Source: Mobula hypostoma
Lineage: Eukaryota
Length of the DNA: 64,000 nt
NCBI RefSeq assembly: GCF_963921235.1
Contig: NC_086097.1
Coordinates: 72,356,001 to 72,420,000, forward strand
Reading direction: 5' to 3'
The notes under the pieces are model-generated. The model had not been told where the DNA came from. It saw only the letters and a program-made list of their open reading frames with translations, and ran no database searches. The first letter of the stretch is position 1, and the number at the start of each line of letters is the position of its first letter. Both the position numbers and the translations under genes were made by a program. This document shows, in pieces, positions 12,001 through 23,872 of the stretch.

Positions 12001-13534
12001 CTAAATTATGACAAAGTGTTGTGTAAAGTTAGTTTTACTGTAAGTTAGAAAGAAAAAAATTAACAATATTTATGAATTCTGAGTTAAATTTAACAAATGG
12101 ATTAACACATTTACCATTACGGGATGCAAACAAAAAATTACTTGCGATTATGTGTTGATTCATTGGTTTACTGTCTGGTGGCTTAGTTGTTACATTAGTA
12201 GATTAATAACCGAGAGACCAAAAGATATAAAATCAAATTCCACTAGGGTAGCTGATGAAATTAGAGTCAGTTAACTAAATAAATTTTGAATAAAAAGAAA
12301 GGAAGCTGTTTAAAAACCAAATATCCACTTTACTTAAGTTCTTTAGAGGAAGACCCACAATTGATTCTATACACCAGTGTCAATATTGTCCAGACATTCA
12401 GATAGGCCTACTGATTGCATCAAACCTGACTGCAAACCTTTCATCACCATGTAATCTTATTAAGAATGGAGAACTAACACTGGGCAATAATACTTCAAAT
12501 GATAAATTGTATAAATTCGGTAAGTTATGTAACTTTCCTCACTTTATTCAATTATTGTGCCACTTGTATGTAGTAATAGTTTGAACATTAAGATGCAGTG
12601 CTGACAAAAGTATTCATTGTTGGATGTTGATAGCTTAGATACCACGACCCCTATATTTACAGGAGGAGGAGCTCTGCCTGATAATCGTTACAGAGAAGCT
12701 GGGCTACCTGTAAGTTGCATGAAGCCAGCCCAGTAACAGGTGCATAGATATATGGCTGGTTGCATAGTTGGCACAGCTTGATTTGGAGGGTAGGGGAGAG
12801 AATGGAGGTCGTGGTCTGTAGAGTGTGACAATCAGGAATGAGGGTAAACTAATGCCTGATCACAGTGAGAGATTGTGCAATTGGGAAATTTGTTTGCTTG
12901 AGGGACTGTGGGAGAAGTATTTCGGCATCTCTTATCCATAAGCATTTCTGGAAAAGCACTTAGCTCTTACATGGTATCAATATTGTCTCTCTTTACCTGT
13001 AAGAAAATAGATGATACCCACACAAACTTATTTAAAATTTCTCATGTATCCCCCTTTTCCTCAGCTTCAGTTAAAATTAAGATCTGATTTTATTCTGGAT
13101 GTATTATCTGGGAATATTTATGTTTTATCACTTGTTTTTATTTGGTTTTAGTTTGGAAGTGTAGAATATTTCATGATTTTTAATTTCAGTTTATATACAT
13201 CGGAAAAAAAATGAAATGCTTTTTATTAACTTTGTGCATGGGAAAATAACACAATTTTCCTGTCCCGATTGCTCCCTTTTCCTTCCTCCCCACACCTCAA
13301 CCCCTTCCCCCAGCCAAACAAAATGTCACTAAATGTATACATTCCAACATAGAGAAATTAAGCCATGTGCTCATATCATAAGAATCAGGATTGATTCTGA
13401 CAACATAAGAAACAGTTGTCAACTGTTCAACTATTAAAAATTATTAAAATAAATCCTCACTTGTGTTTTTATAATCCAGAAATCGAATAAAGTAATAATT
13501 CTGAATAAAAATGATTTTGCATTGTTCCTGGTTA

Positions 13535-13965
13535 TATATTATTATGTAATCGTACTTACTGCCCATTACGCTGCTGGTATTTGGGGCAGCAATGAAGGTC
13601 CTCCATGTCTGTCAGTGTTCAGGGCTTTCTTCATCACATCAATAGCTTCCTCTCAGTTTTTTCTACAGTCAGTCATGCAAGTCCAGGGTAGAATCTCAGG
13701 AATACTATTGTACAAGGACTCTTCATTGCTATTTATGTAACAATTTTGTTTTTCTGGTCAGGGTTGTTAGCCCTAAGCTGAACCCTGAACCTGGAGGACC
13801 GATGGACCACTCTTAGTCTGTCCTCTAACCTTTGACCTGCTTGGCATGGGTAACCCTACCAACAGCCAAAGTATAAAACCCTGGCTTCAGCCAACATAGC
13901 TCTCTGGGTCGCTGAGGTGCATAAGCCTCCAGACCACGACAGGGTTGTGGTCCTCTTGGAGGATT
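13535..13965 (-). mobile_element. Short non-autonomous retroposon, probably RTE-related
   Basis: A ~430-bp GC-richer block with a (TAT)n tail at its left end and an RTE 5'UTR-like segment (CCTGGAGGACC...GACCTGCTTGGCATGGGTAACCCTACC). The family assignment is from pattern recognition only. Confidence 0.45.
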
Positions 13966-14554
13966 ATGTCATCATGTAGTAATTTAATCATGTAGTCTGG
14001 TTCAGCAACTGGAATGCTGGCTAAGAAAATAAAAATGTAAGTTTACTCAGATTGGTATAATCTGCAACCAAAATTCTGATCCACATCTGTTACTGGATGT
14101 AGTCAATATAAATAGTAATATATGTAAGATTTGCATTAATAATTATTACAAAGCAGTATTAATAACATGACACAAGTTTCTCTCTTGGTGGCATCTGTTG
14201 AATCTGTACTTCAACCTCAATGAGTGAGCGTTAAAGGAAATATTAAACGTGGTTTCAATGGCATTGTAGCCAATATATTGGACTGGTACATAGACTTTCC
14301 TTGTAAAGGAGTGTTGTAACATGTCAGTTTTAAAGTAGCTGGGGAAGAAGGTATTAACAAGCTGTCATGTATTAAATTAAAAATGTCTTTTATTTTTAAT
14401 AAGGCCATTGGAAATATAAATTTAGTGATAGAAATCACTGGGTTCTCATTCTTGTATGTAACGCAAAAAAATATTTTTGATAGTCAGTGCTTTTCTGATT
14501 GGAAGTCCTGATTGATGTTGTTTTTGCTTTATATCGATGGTTTGGAAATGAATA

Positions 14555-15400
14555 CGTGAGATGCAATAAGTGCGTTTGTGGATGATGCAAAAGTTTGTGA
14601 TGTGGATAGCAACGAAGCATGTTCAAGGCTGCAACAGGAAATGGATTGGGCAGAGCGTTGGGTGGCGTGTCAGCAGATGGAACTTAATTCTGATAGATGC
14701 ATTTTTGAGTAGGCCATACACATTAATTGGTGGAGTGCTAGGAATGTTGGTGAACAAGAAGACTTTGGGGTTCAAGTCCGTAGTTCCCTAAAAGTGGCAG
14801 CACAGATTAACAGGATGGTGTGAAAGATATATAGCATGCTTGCTTTCATAGGCTAGAGTTTTGGAATGTAAGAGTTGGGAGATTGTGTTGTAATTTTACT
14901 AATCACTGGTTAGGATATACTTGGAGTATTAAGTGCATTTCTGGTGGCAACACTATAGGAAGTATGTAATTGTGCTGGAGAGAGTACAGAGGAAATTAGA
15001 GGACTTTATTTATGGGAAGAGGTTGATAGGATTCACTGGAGTGATGAAAATTGAGGGGTAACTGGATAGAGCTATGTCAAATTATAAGAAACATGGATAG
15101 AGTAGCTGGTCATTTTTGCATGGTAGGAATGTCAAAAACAAAGGGGCTTGGGTATAACGTAAGAGGAAGAAGTATTAAAGGGGATTTGAAGAGCACATTT
15201 TTTTTAAAAAACACAGTTGATAACTGCATCTTGCTGCTGTTGGAAGTGGTGGAGTCAGATATGATCACCATGTTTAAGAAATGTTTAGACAGGCAGTTAA
15301 CTAAGCAAGGCACAGAGGGAAATGGATCTAATGTGAGCAAATTTGATTGGTGCATATGGGCAACAAGGTCAGCAGAACGTGGTGAGCAAGAGAGCCCATT
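14555..15400 (+). mobile_element. Decayed CR1-type LINE 3' fragment
   Basis: Remnants of FADD..K, the HLEY.V.FW..HYRK block and RG..IEL..IIR..DRV. Many stops and frameshifts. Confidence 0.8.
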
Positions 15401-15509
15401 TCTGTGCAATGTCTCGGATATTAACTGTATTTCCAGCAGCCATTTTCTATGCACTATAAAGGTCAAAGATTTGAAATATTTTGGCACTGTTGACCCTTTA
15501 GAAATGTGG

Positions 15510-15602
15510 TTCAGATGAAGGGCCAACCTGAAATGTTAACTGTTTTCTGTCCATTGTTGCTGCTGAGCCTTCTGCGTGTTTCCAGCATTTTATGATTTTA
15601 TT
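15510..15602 (+). mobile_element. Old PLE 3'-terminal fragment starting at a decayed hammerhead motif
   Basis: TTCAGATGAAGGGCCAACCTGAAATGTTAACTG...TTTCCAGCATTT resembles the terminus of the 20212-23872 element. Confidence 0.55.
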
Positions 15603-18600
15603 AATGGAATTCAAATGTGCTCTGAAATAAATTTTTGGAAGAGTTTTCATTTCATTGCCTTAGTGCAGACTATGTACTTGCACTGATGTCAACAATCTGT
15701 CATCTTCTTGTCCACTGACTGATAGAAGCCACTGATAATTATTGCTTGATGACATCAATTAGCAGGAAATAATGAAAAGCATCTTCTTTCATGGAATGCC
15801 CTTTAATTTTTTGCCATTCATCATTTGAATGTGTTTGTATGCACATTCACAGCAGATTACTGGATTACAATTTTTAATTAACACATTTGTGTAATTGGCA
15901 TAATCCTAATTGAGTAATTATTGGGAAATAATTGGTTATAATTTCTGCAATAAGTCGAAAACTGGTGCTCTTGTACTGCGCTGTAGGTAAGAACGTGGGT
16001 TTACATGTCAAATTTATGGAATGGAGAATTTGAAATTGAAAAGCATTGCAGAAGCAGATGTTGTTGCTGGTTGTACTGATTTCTAAAAATTTTATATAAA
16101 TTGTATTTTTAGTTCTCATCTGAATTACAGGAAGAGGTTTTCTAGTGTTTATGAAGTAGATTCTGACAGACCTAACTGATTCAGTGAGAGGTTTAGATTA
16201 TTAAGCAGTGAAATCACTAAGTGTAAATTAAAAGCAATTATGATTTAATTAAATGCATGTAATTAACTGTCTTTAAAGACTCTATAATTTTATACTTTTG
16301 AAATGCAATTACTATGAAGAGGTTATTCAGTAGCATGTTTTGTGTAACACAATAGATATAGCATTTCTTGTAATATCATGACTGTACTGCACCTTTAAAT
16401 TATTCCACCCTGTCAATATAAAATATTATAACTGAAATATCTTTATTCAATGAGAATAATAGGACTTTTGCTTTTTATGTATGCTATTATTAGGTATTAA
16501 TATACTCTCAGTAACTAACCATTCCATTCAAAGGTTAACTGTAGGAATAAAGTTCTTGAAAATGTGTTAAGGAGTAACATGGAGTTATTACTTTCCTTGT
16601 TGGAGTTTTAACTTTCCTGGTAGAATATTATAAAGATCTATGGTTTCTTTGAAACAGTAGAACCTGTATTTTGCAAATTTGGTCAGCATCAAACACTTGG
16701 GTCAGACACAATAGAGTAACGTTCAATCTTCTGTTTGACATTCTCACTTTCAGAAGAGCACCGTTGCTCTATTTCCTAAATTTAACATCCTGGGGTGACT
16801 AAATGTGATTGTTAATCTGTGCGTTAGTGGTGGAGGCAATATGTCGCAGTAAATTGTTTCAGTAAGTTAAAAGAAAAGACTGTATTCACATTGGACCAAA
16901 GTGGATTTGAATCCTATCTTGGGTAGTAAAATTCTGGTTTAAAATCCAGTGTGCTGCCCCATGCCTTGGAAATGAAATAACCATGAAGCTGTGATTATTA
17001 ACCACTGAATATGGCAGCTATTCCTCATTCTTTTTTTCTGCTGGAGATAAAGATGTGGTAACCCAGATCTTTGTTGTTTGTTGACCACAATGTTTAGTTG
17101 CAGCTGTGACACTGGAGACAAGCCAGGATACAAGCTCTACTGTTGTAGATCTGTCAAGCCACAACTCTTAGAAATAGAAATGACTTTTGCAGTCTGCATA
17201 TGAGATTGTCATCCCATTTCCATCTTTGGATGTAGTTCTGATATAAAATAGAACAGCATCTGCAGAGATCTGACTGACAAACCTCTCACTGGGACTCATC
17301 ATTGCATGCTGCAGCAGGTGCAGAGTTCTTTAGTCCTTTCAATGGTTTGGGAATTTTGTTTTAAAATTCATCAGGAGACTAGAGGGAATGTAGTCTTGAG
17401 AGCAGTGTGCTTGATGTCAGTTGTCCAGTGCTGGAATGCCGCAGGTAATTGGGCAGGACGGGTGAGAAATGTAGCGATGTGCTTCTCACGTTGCACTGCA
17501 GCTGCTGCCGAGTTTAATTAATCTGACCCGTAGAGGCTGTGGTGTCATGGTGCAGCATACATACACACAGACAAGAAATGGCTAGACTTGACTTTCTCAG
17601 TTCACATTGAGTCAGTAGTATCAACCAGATGGGAAGAAAAGCTTCTGCTGCTGTAAAAATGCCATACAGTGAGTTGAATCACAAAGATTAATAGTTATAC
17701 CATTTATGACTTATCAGATTTCTGATAGGATAAAGTGCATTAAAATTATTTAGTTTGTGAAACAAAAGTGCAAACAGCTTAGCTAAAAGTGGACATCAGC
17801 TGTTGTTTTAAGGGTAGAACATCAATTTTGTTAAGTATTATGATCATGTTACTTCACAATGGTCGTTTGTGTGGATGTTGGCATTTCAATAATATGCTGT
17901 GTTGTTACTTACAGAACAATGGCACCCTTAACTTGTACTATATGTTTCCAGAGTATATTTTGTTTTGACCTCTGCTTTCTGCTAGAAACTAACTGAAATT
18001 AAGATGGATTTTCTTTCAATCTAGAGAAATGCGTTCCATGTTGATTAATGTTTGTGTTTTGAAAAAGCCTGCTTTTCCTTGGGATTTGTTGCTGTCACCA
18101 CATGATATCCCCTCTAATTACTTTGTTTCCATAGATGAAGACTTTGTACAAGTATTGAAAGTAGAAAGCCTTGGGAAGTGAAATAGCATCGTCGGACATA
18201 CAGGTTTGCCTGGTAGCCTGTTAGCAATCAGTGAGTGTGAACGTGGAGAATTCCTAACTGTAAGCAGGATATTATAAAGAGGACTAGATTATTGAGCCTT
18301 GTAGGCTGCATCAGAGCGACTTCCTGGTTGAATTGTGAATGAATCTCATGCCTCTTATTCCTTAATACCATTAATTAACAAGTTATCTATCTCAGACTTG
18401 GAACTATCAATTGATCCAGCATCCACTGCCATTTGTTGAAGAGTTCTAAAATTCTGTTGCCCTTTGCATGCAGAGGTGATTTGTAACTTTTTTTTCATCA
18501 CCAAATCTTGTTCTAATTTTTAGAGCATTCACTCCTTATCTCCCAAACCAGGGTAAATGGTTTCTTGTTTTTCTCTCTCTTTACCCATTCAGTTCCCATT

Positions 18601-19237
18601 TAACAATGAAATACAATTATAGTACATTGCCTCCCAACTTTCTAAATTCGATGGAACGCAAATATTTTTTATCACTTTGCTGGATCACATGTCTGTGCAG
18701 AGAAGTATCAGTAAGCTGCAATGCACAAGTCAGCTTATTCCTGAATTCTGTGCCATGTAGCATCTAACTTCCAGCGGTGGGGCTGAGCTCAGAAGTGTGT
18801 ACTTGGCCTTACCCATAGACAGTGCAGCCCTATTCTTTGAGTCGGTCACTGAGCTGGCCTGAAAAGTTCAGTGGAGATGAGAATAGTTGTACTTTACTTA
18901 ATCCAAATATTTTAAATTGCTGCTATCACTTGTGTATTTTTAAGTCTTATAATTTTTTTTGATAATTCATCTCTGTATGACAATTTGACTGTAAGTATTT
19001 AATAAGGCCTTTGATAGTAGTGAGCTATCAACAGGTCATCAAAGTGACCTGGGGGCAGGGCTTCAGATCGCCAGTTTAGGGCTCATCATCAATTATAGTG
19101 TGGCTGCAATAGCAAGACCTGGACCTTTGGTCCCACAGGGCGACATAATATAGTGTGACCATGGGATTGACATAATCTAGCCTACAAATTTAGATATTGG
19201 AGTTAAATTATGCAGTCATTTGGCTAATTTTAGAGAT

Positions 19238-19360
19238 ACAAAATACTGCCTGCAGATACTGGAAATCTGGAGGAATTCAACCCAAAGCACCAACTATTGT
19301 ACTTCCTCTATAGTTGCTGCCTGGCCTACTCAGTAGCTTTAGCTCCTTTGTGTATTGCTC
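19238..19360. mobile_element. Old PLE terminal remnant, apparently fold-back
   Basis: CTGCAGATACTGGAAATC (minus-strand tail) followed by CTATAGTTGCTGCCTGGCCTACT...TTTGTGTATTGC (plus-strand terminus). Confidence 0.5.
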
Positions 19361-20242
19361 CGTTTGGTTTATTTGCTACACTCATTACTGAAAAATGAAT
19401 CCTTCCAAGTAATAATGGACTGGTAATGACGAATGACATTTTCCAAACCCTTCCAATTCCCTTTCTTTGCCTCTAGTAATATGACATTTGTAGTATATAG
19501 CTGTGGTGTTTAACTGTCTTAGTTAAATAGGCATTCATTTTACTACTGATCTTGTAAGGCATCATGAACATAGGAGCAAAAGAAATAAAGCAGGAGGTAG
19601 CCATTCGGTTTCAAGATTGCCTTGCTATTCATTAACCTCATGGATGATCGCCTACTTTGGCACCATTTTCCTGCCCTGCCCTGCATGCTGTAGCTGCATG
19701 TTAACTTTCAATAATTTGTTTACAATAACACCCATGTCCCTTTGAAGATGAATATTTTTCAATTTCTTACCTTTTAAATCATACGCTTAAAGCAAGATTT
19801 GTCTTTTCTCTATCAAATTGGATTGCCTTGCATTTTTCTATATTTTTCTTTAGTGGTCATGTTGCTGCTTTCTCATTAAGTTTGTCTATATCCCCTTGAA
19901 GTCTCCTAGCTATTTAGGTGACCTATATTTCTATCCCTATTCAGCCTCACCCCCTCCAGCTCTTTCACTGTGTAATAGTCAGGCTAAATCCTGGTAAAAT
20001 GAAGTGTTTGTTTTTCACTATTCTGTGGTTGCTTATTGTTTTACATTAGGTTGAATTGAGTACCATTCTTTGTTATTGACACTGGGTTGAAAAGTACATG
20101 TTTTAACATTGTTGCTTGTACCAAATATTAACATGGTGTCTAACTGCTGGAAAAATACAATGCAACCACTTGAGTGAAAAATGTAATGGAAATGAGAAGA
20201 TAAATAACGTTAACAACAGGAATTCTGCAGATGCTGGAAATT

Positions 20243-20841
20243 CAAGCAACACACATCAAAGTTGCTGGTGAACGCAGCAGGCCAGGCAGCATCTATAGGA
20301 AGAAGCGCAGTCGACGTTTCAGGCCGAGACCCTTCGTCAGGACTAACTGAAGGAAGAGTGAGTAAGGGATTTGAAAGCTGGAGGGGGAGGGGGAGATGCA
20401 AAATGATAGGAGAAGACAGGAGGGGGAGGGATGGAGCCGAGAGCTGGACAGGTGATAGGCAGAAGGGGATACGAGAGGATCATGGGACAGGAGGTCCGGG
20501 AAGAAAGACGGGGGGGGGGGACCCAGAGGATGGGCAAGAGGTATATTCAGAGGGACAGAGGGAGAAAAAGGAGAGTGAGAGAAAGAATGTGTGCATTAAA
20601 AAGAGTAACAGATGGGGTACGAGGGGGAGGTGGGGCCTAGCGGAAGTTAGAGAAGTCAATGTTCATGCCATCAGGTTGGAGGCTACCCATACGGAATATA
20701 AGGTGTTGTTCCTCCAACCTGAGTGTGGCTTCATCTTTACAGTAGAGGAGGCCGTGGATAGACATGTCAGAATGGGAATGGGATGTGGAATTAAAATGTG
20801 TGGCCACTGGGAGATCCTGCTTTCTCTGGCGGACAGAGCGT
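20243..20841 (-). repeat. 3' pseudo-LTR of the PLE (endonuclease C-terminus plus 3' UTR)
   Basis: Near-identical reverse complement of 23273-23872. It is followed by a 31-nt tail (20212-20242) that the other copy lacks. Confidence 0.95.
20309..20344 (-). ncRNA. Minimal type I hammerhead ribozyme motif (sense to the PLE ORF)
   Basis: The minus strand reads AGUC-CUGACGA-AGG(GUCUCGG)CCU-GAAA-CGUC^-GACU. It has stem I AGUC/GACU, an intact CUGANGA and GAAA core, a palindromic ACGU stem III and a GUC cleavage triplet. Confidence 0.85.
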
Positions 20842-21017
20842 AGATGTTCAGCAAAGCGGTCTCCCAGTCTACGTCGGGTCTCACCAATATATAAAAGGCC
20901 ACATCGGGAGCACCGGACACAGTATATCACCCCAGTCGACTCACAGGTGAAGTGATGCCTCACCTGGAAGGACTGTTTGGGGCCCTGAATGGTGGTAAGG
21001 GAGGAAGTGTAAGGGCA
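20637..21017 (-). pseudogene. PLE GIY-YIG endonuclease domain (out of frame with RT)
   Basis: CPYTSSLTTIQGPKQSFQVRHHFTCESTGVIYCVRCSRCGLLYIGETRRRLGDRFAEHLR...VATHFN...GMNIDF*. It has the VIY/YIG motifs and the CxxC/His residues typical of PLE endonucleases. Confidence 0.92.
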
Positions 21018-23272
21018 TTGTTCCGCTTACACAGATAAGTGCCAGGAGGGAGATCAGTGGGGAGGGATGGGGGGGACGAATGGACAAGGGAGTTGTGTAG
21101 GGAGCGATCCCTGCGGAATGTAGAGAGAGGGGGGGAGGGAAAGATATGTTTAGTGGTGGGATCCCGTTGGAGGTGGCGGAAGTTACGGAGAATAATATGT
21201 TGGACCCGGAGGCTGGTGGGGTGGTAGGTGAGGACCAGGGGAACCCTATTCCTAGTGGGGTGGTGGGAGGATGGAGTGAGAGCAGATGTACGTGAAATGG
21301 GGGAGATGCGTTTAAGAGCAGAGTTGATAGTGGAGGAAGGGAAGCCCCTTTCTTTAAAAAATGAAGACATCTCCTTCGTCCTAGAATGAAAAGCCTCATC
21401 CTGAGAGCAGATGCGGCGGAGACGGAGGAATTGCGAGAAGGGGATGGCGTTTTTGCAAGAGACAGGGTGAGAAGAGGAATAGTCCAGATAGTTGTGAGAG
21501 TCAGTAGGCTTATAGTAGACATCAGTGGATAAGCTGTCTCCAGAGACAGAGACAGAAAGATCTAGAAAGGGGAGGGAGGTGTCAGAAATGGACCAGGTAA
21601 ACTTGAGGGCAGGGTGAAAGTTGGAGGCAAAGTTAATAAAGTCAACGAGTTCTGCATGCGTGCAGGAAGCAGCGCCAATGCAGTCGTCGATGTAGCGAAG
21701 GAAAAGTGGGGGACAGATACCAGAATAGGCACGGAACATAGATTGTTCCACAAACCCAACAAAAAGGCAGGCATAGCTAGGACCCATACGGGTGCCCATA
21801 GCTACACCTTTAGTTTGGAGGAAATGGGAGGAGCAAAAGGAGAAATTATTAAGAGTAAGGACTAATTCTGCTAGACGGAGCAGAGTGGTGGTAGAGGGGA
21901 ACTGATTAGGTCTGGAATCCAAAAAGAAGCGTAGAGCTTTGAGACCTTCCTGATGGGGGATGGAAGTATATAGGGACTGGACATCCAAGGTGAAAATAAA
22001 GCGGTGGGGGCCAGGGAACTTAAAATCATCGAAAAGTTTAAGAGCGTAAGAAGTGTCACGAACATAGGTCGGAAGGGATTGAACAAGGGGTGATAAAACA
22101 GTGTCGAGGTATGCAGAAACGAGTTCGGTGGGGCAGGAGCAAGCTGAGACAATAGGTCGGCCAGGACAGGCAGGTTTGTGGATCTTGGGTAGGAGGTAGA
22201 AACGGGAAGTGCGGGGTGTGGGAACTATAAGGTTGGTAGCAGTGGATGGGAGATCCCCTGAGCGGATAAAGTCGTTGATAGTGTGGGAGACAATGGCTTG
22301 GTGCTCCTTAGTGGGGTCACGATCAAGGGGTAAATAAGAGGAGGTATCCGCGAGTTGTCGCTGTGCCTCGGCAAGGTAGAGGTCAGTACGCCAGACTACA
22401 ACAGCACCCCCCTTATCAGCGGGTTTAATAATAATGTTAGGATTAGTGCGGAGGGAGTGGAGAGCAGAGCGTTCCGAAGGAGTGAGGTTGGAATGGGGAC
22501 AAGGTGCGGTGAAGTCGAGACGGTTGATGTCCCGTCGGCAGTTGGCAATAAAGAGATCCAGAGCAGGCAGAAGACCAGAGCGGGGTGTCCATGAAGAAGA
22601 GGAGGGATGAAGACGGGAGAAGGGGTCATCGGTGGGGGTGGAAGAGTCCTTGCCGAAGAAGTAGGCTCGGAGACGGAGACGGCGGAAGAAAAGTTCCGCA
22701 TCATGGCGAACACGGAACTCGCTGAGGTGTGGGCGAAGGGGGACAAACGTGAGGCCCTTACTGAGAACAGAGCGTTCTGCCTCCGACAGTTGAAGGTCGG
22801 AGGGGATGGTAAAGACCCGGCACGGATGAGAGCTGGGATCAGAGGGGGGAGGGGGGAGGCTGGGGGTGTCAATGGAGAGGGGAGGGTTGGGGTGAGAGGA
22901 AGATGGAGCCTCTGAGGGCCCAGGAGCTGACGGTGGGATCTGAGGAAGACGGGGCTGCGGAGTGGTGGTGGGGGAAGGGGAGACGGGAGTCACAACAGCA
23001 GCACATAAAGACCCGGCCTGGAGTTCAAGGCTGGAGTCGCAGTTGGTGGTTGCGCGATCGCTTTGAATGTCTCCATGGTCGTTGCTGGAGTCCGGGTTTT
23101 GAATATGTCCTGAGGTGTTGGAGCCGCCGAGACCAACGGCAGGGGCCGCAACCGAAAGTTCATGCCTGCTAGCGTCGGGGCCGGCAGGCTCTGGAGTCCG
23201 TAGATGTAAGATCTTGCGATCTTTGCCTAACATGAGAAAGTCAAAGAAACGGCGATTGCAGGCGTGGATTGC
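21018..23272 (-). pseudogene. PLE reverse transcriptase (open for ~750 codons, 5'-truncated)
   Basis: Part of ORF 20960..23329. Motifs LSKGLTFVP, IKPADKGG, YLLPKIHK..PGRPIVS, LDVQSLYTSI, QTKGVAMGT..PSYA, RYIDD, LPFLD and DVYYKPT are diagnostic of PLE RTs. Confidence 0.95.
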
Positions 23273-23872
23273 ACGCTCTGTCCGCCAGAGAAAGCAGGAT
23301 CTCCCAGTGGCCACACATTTTAATTCCACATCCCATTCCCATTCTGATATGTCTATCCACGGCCTCCTCTACTGTAAAGATGAAGCCACACTCAGGTTGG
23401 AGGAACAACACCTTATATTCCGTATGGGTAGCCTCCAACCTGATGGCATGAACATTGACTTCTCTAACTTCCGCTAGGCCCCACCTCCCCCTCGTACCCC
23501 ATCTGTTACTCTTTTTAATGCACACATTCTTTCTCTCACTCTCCTTTTTCTCCCTCTGTCCCTCTGAATATACCTCTTGCCCATCCTCTGGGTCACCCCC
23601 CCCCCGTCTTTCTTCCCGGACCTCCTGTCCCATGATCCTCTCGTATCCCCTTCTGCCTATCACCTGTCTAGCTCTCGGCTCCATCCCTCCCCCTCCTGTC
23701 TTCTCCTATCATTTTGCATCTCCCCCTCCCCCTCCAGCTTTCAAATCCCTTACTCACTCTTCCTTCAGTTAGTCCTGACGAAGGGTCTCGGCCTGAAACG
23801 TCGACTGCGCTTCTTCCTATAGATGCTGCCTGGCCTGCTGCGTTCACCAGCAACTTTGATGTGTGTTGCTTG
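23273..23872 (+). repeat. Inverted 5' pseudo-LTR of the PLE
   Basis: Reverse complement of 20243-20841. The ORF track shows the same peptide (RSVRQRKQDLPVATHFN...NIDFSNFR) on both strands. Confidence 0.95.
23771..23806 (+). ncRNA. Minimal type I hammerhead ribozyme motif (on the NOVA1 pre-mRNA strand)
   Basis: AGTC 23771-74, CTGACGA 23775-81, stem II 23782-94, GAAA 23795-98, CGTC with predicted cleavage after 23802, GACT 23803-06. Confidence 0.85.

Larger units (their letters stand above)
20212..23872 (-). mobile_element. Penelope-like retroelement (probably Neptune group), 5'-truncated, with inverted pseudo-LTR
   Basis: RT and GIY-YIG coding sequence on the - strand, ~600-bp inverted repeats at 20243-20841 and 23273-23872, and a perfect 14-bp TSD AGATAAATAACGTT at 20198-20211 and 23873-23886. 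Confidence 0.96.

Noticed and set aside
10250..19700. Scattered TGCATG (RBFOX) hexamers in intron 2
   Set aside because: About nine over 9.5 kb, dispersed and far from a known exon. Significance cannot be judged without conservation data.
20262..20843. Recurrent ORFs starting MLVNAAGQAAS (also at 23668, 31274, 47977, 62877)
   Set aside because: They are antisense translations of the repeated PLE terminus, not a gene family.
20212..23872. Reading the element as a DNA transposon or DIRS element because of its long inverted repeats
   Set aside because: It encodes a PLE-type RT and GIY-YIG endonuclease, with no transposase or tyrosine recombinase, and the repeats are copies of its own 3' end.
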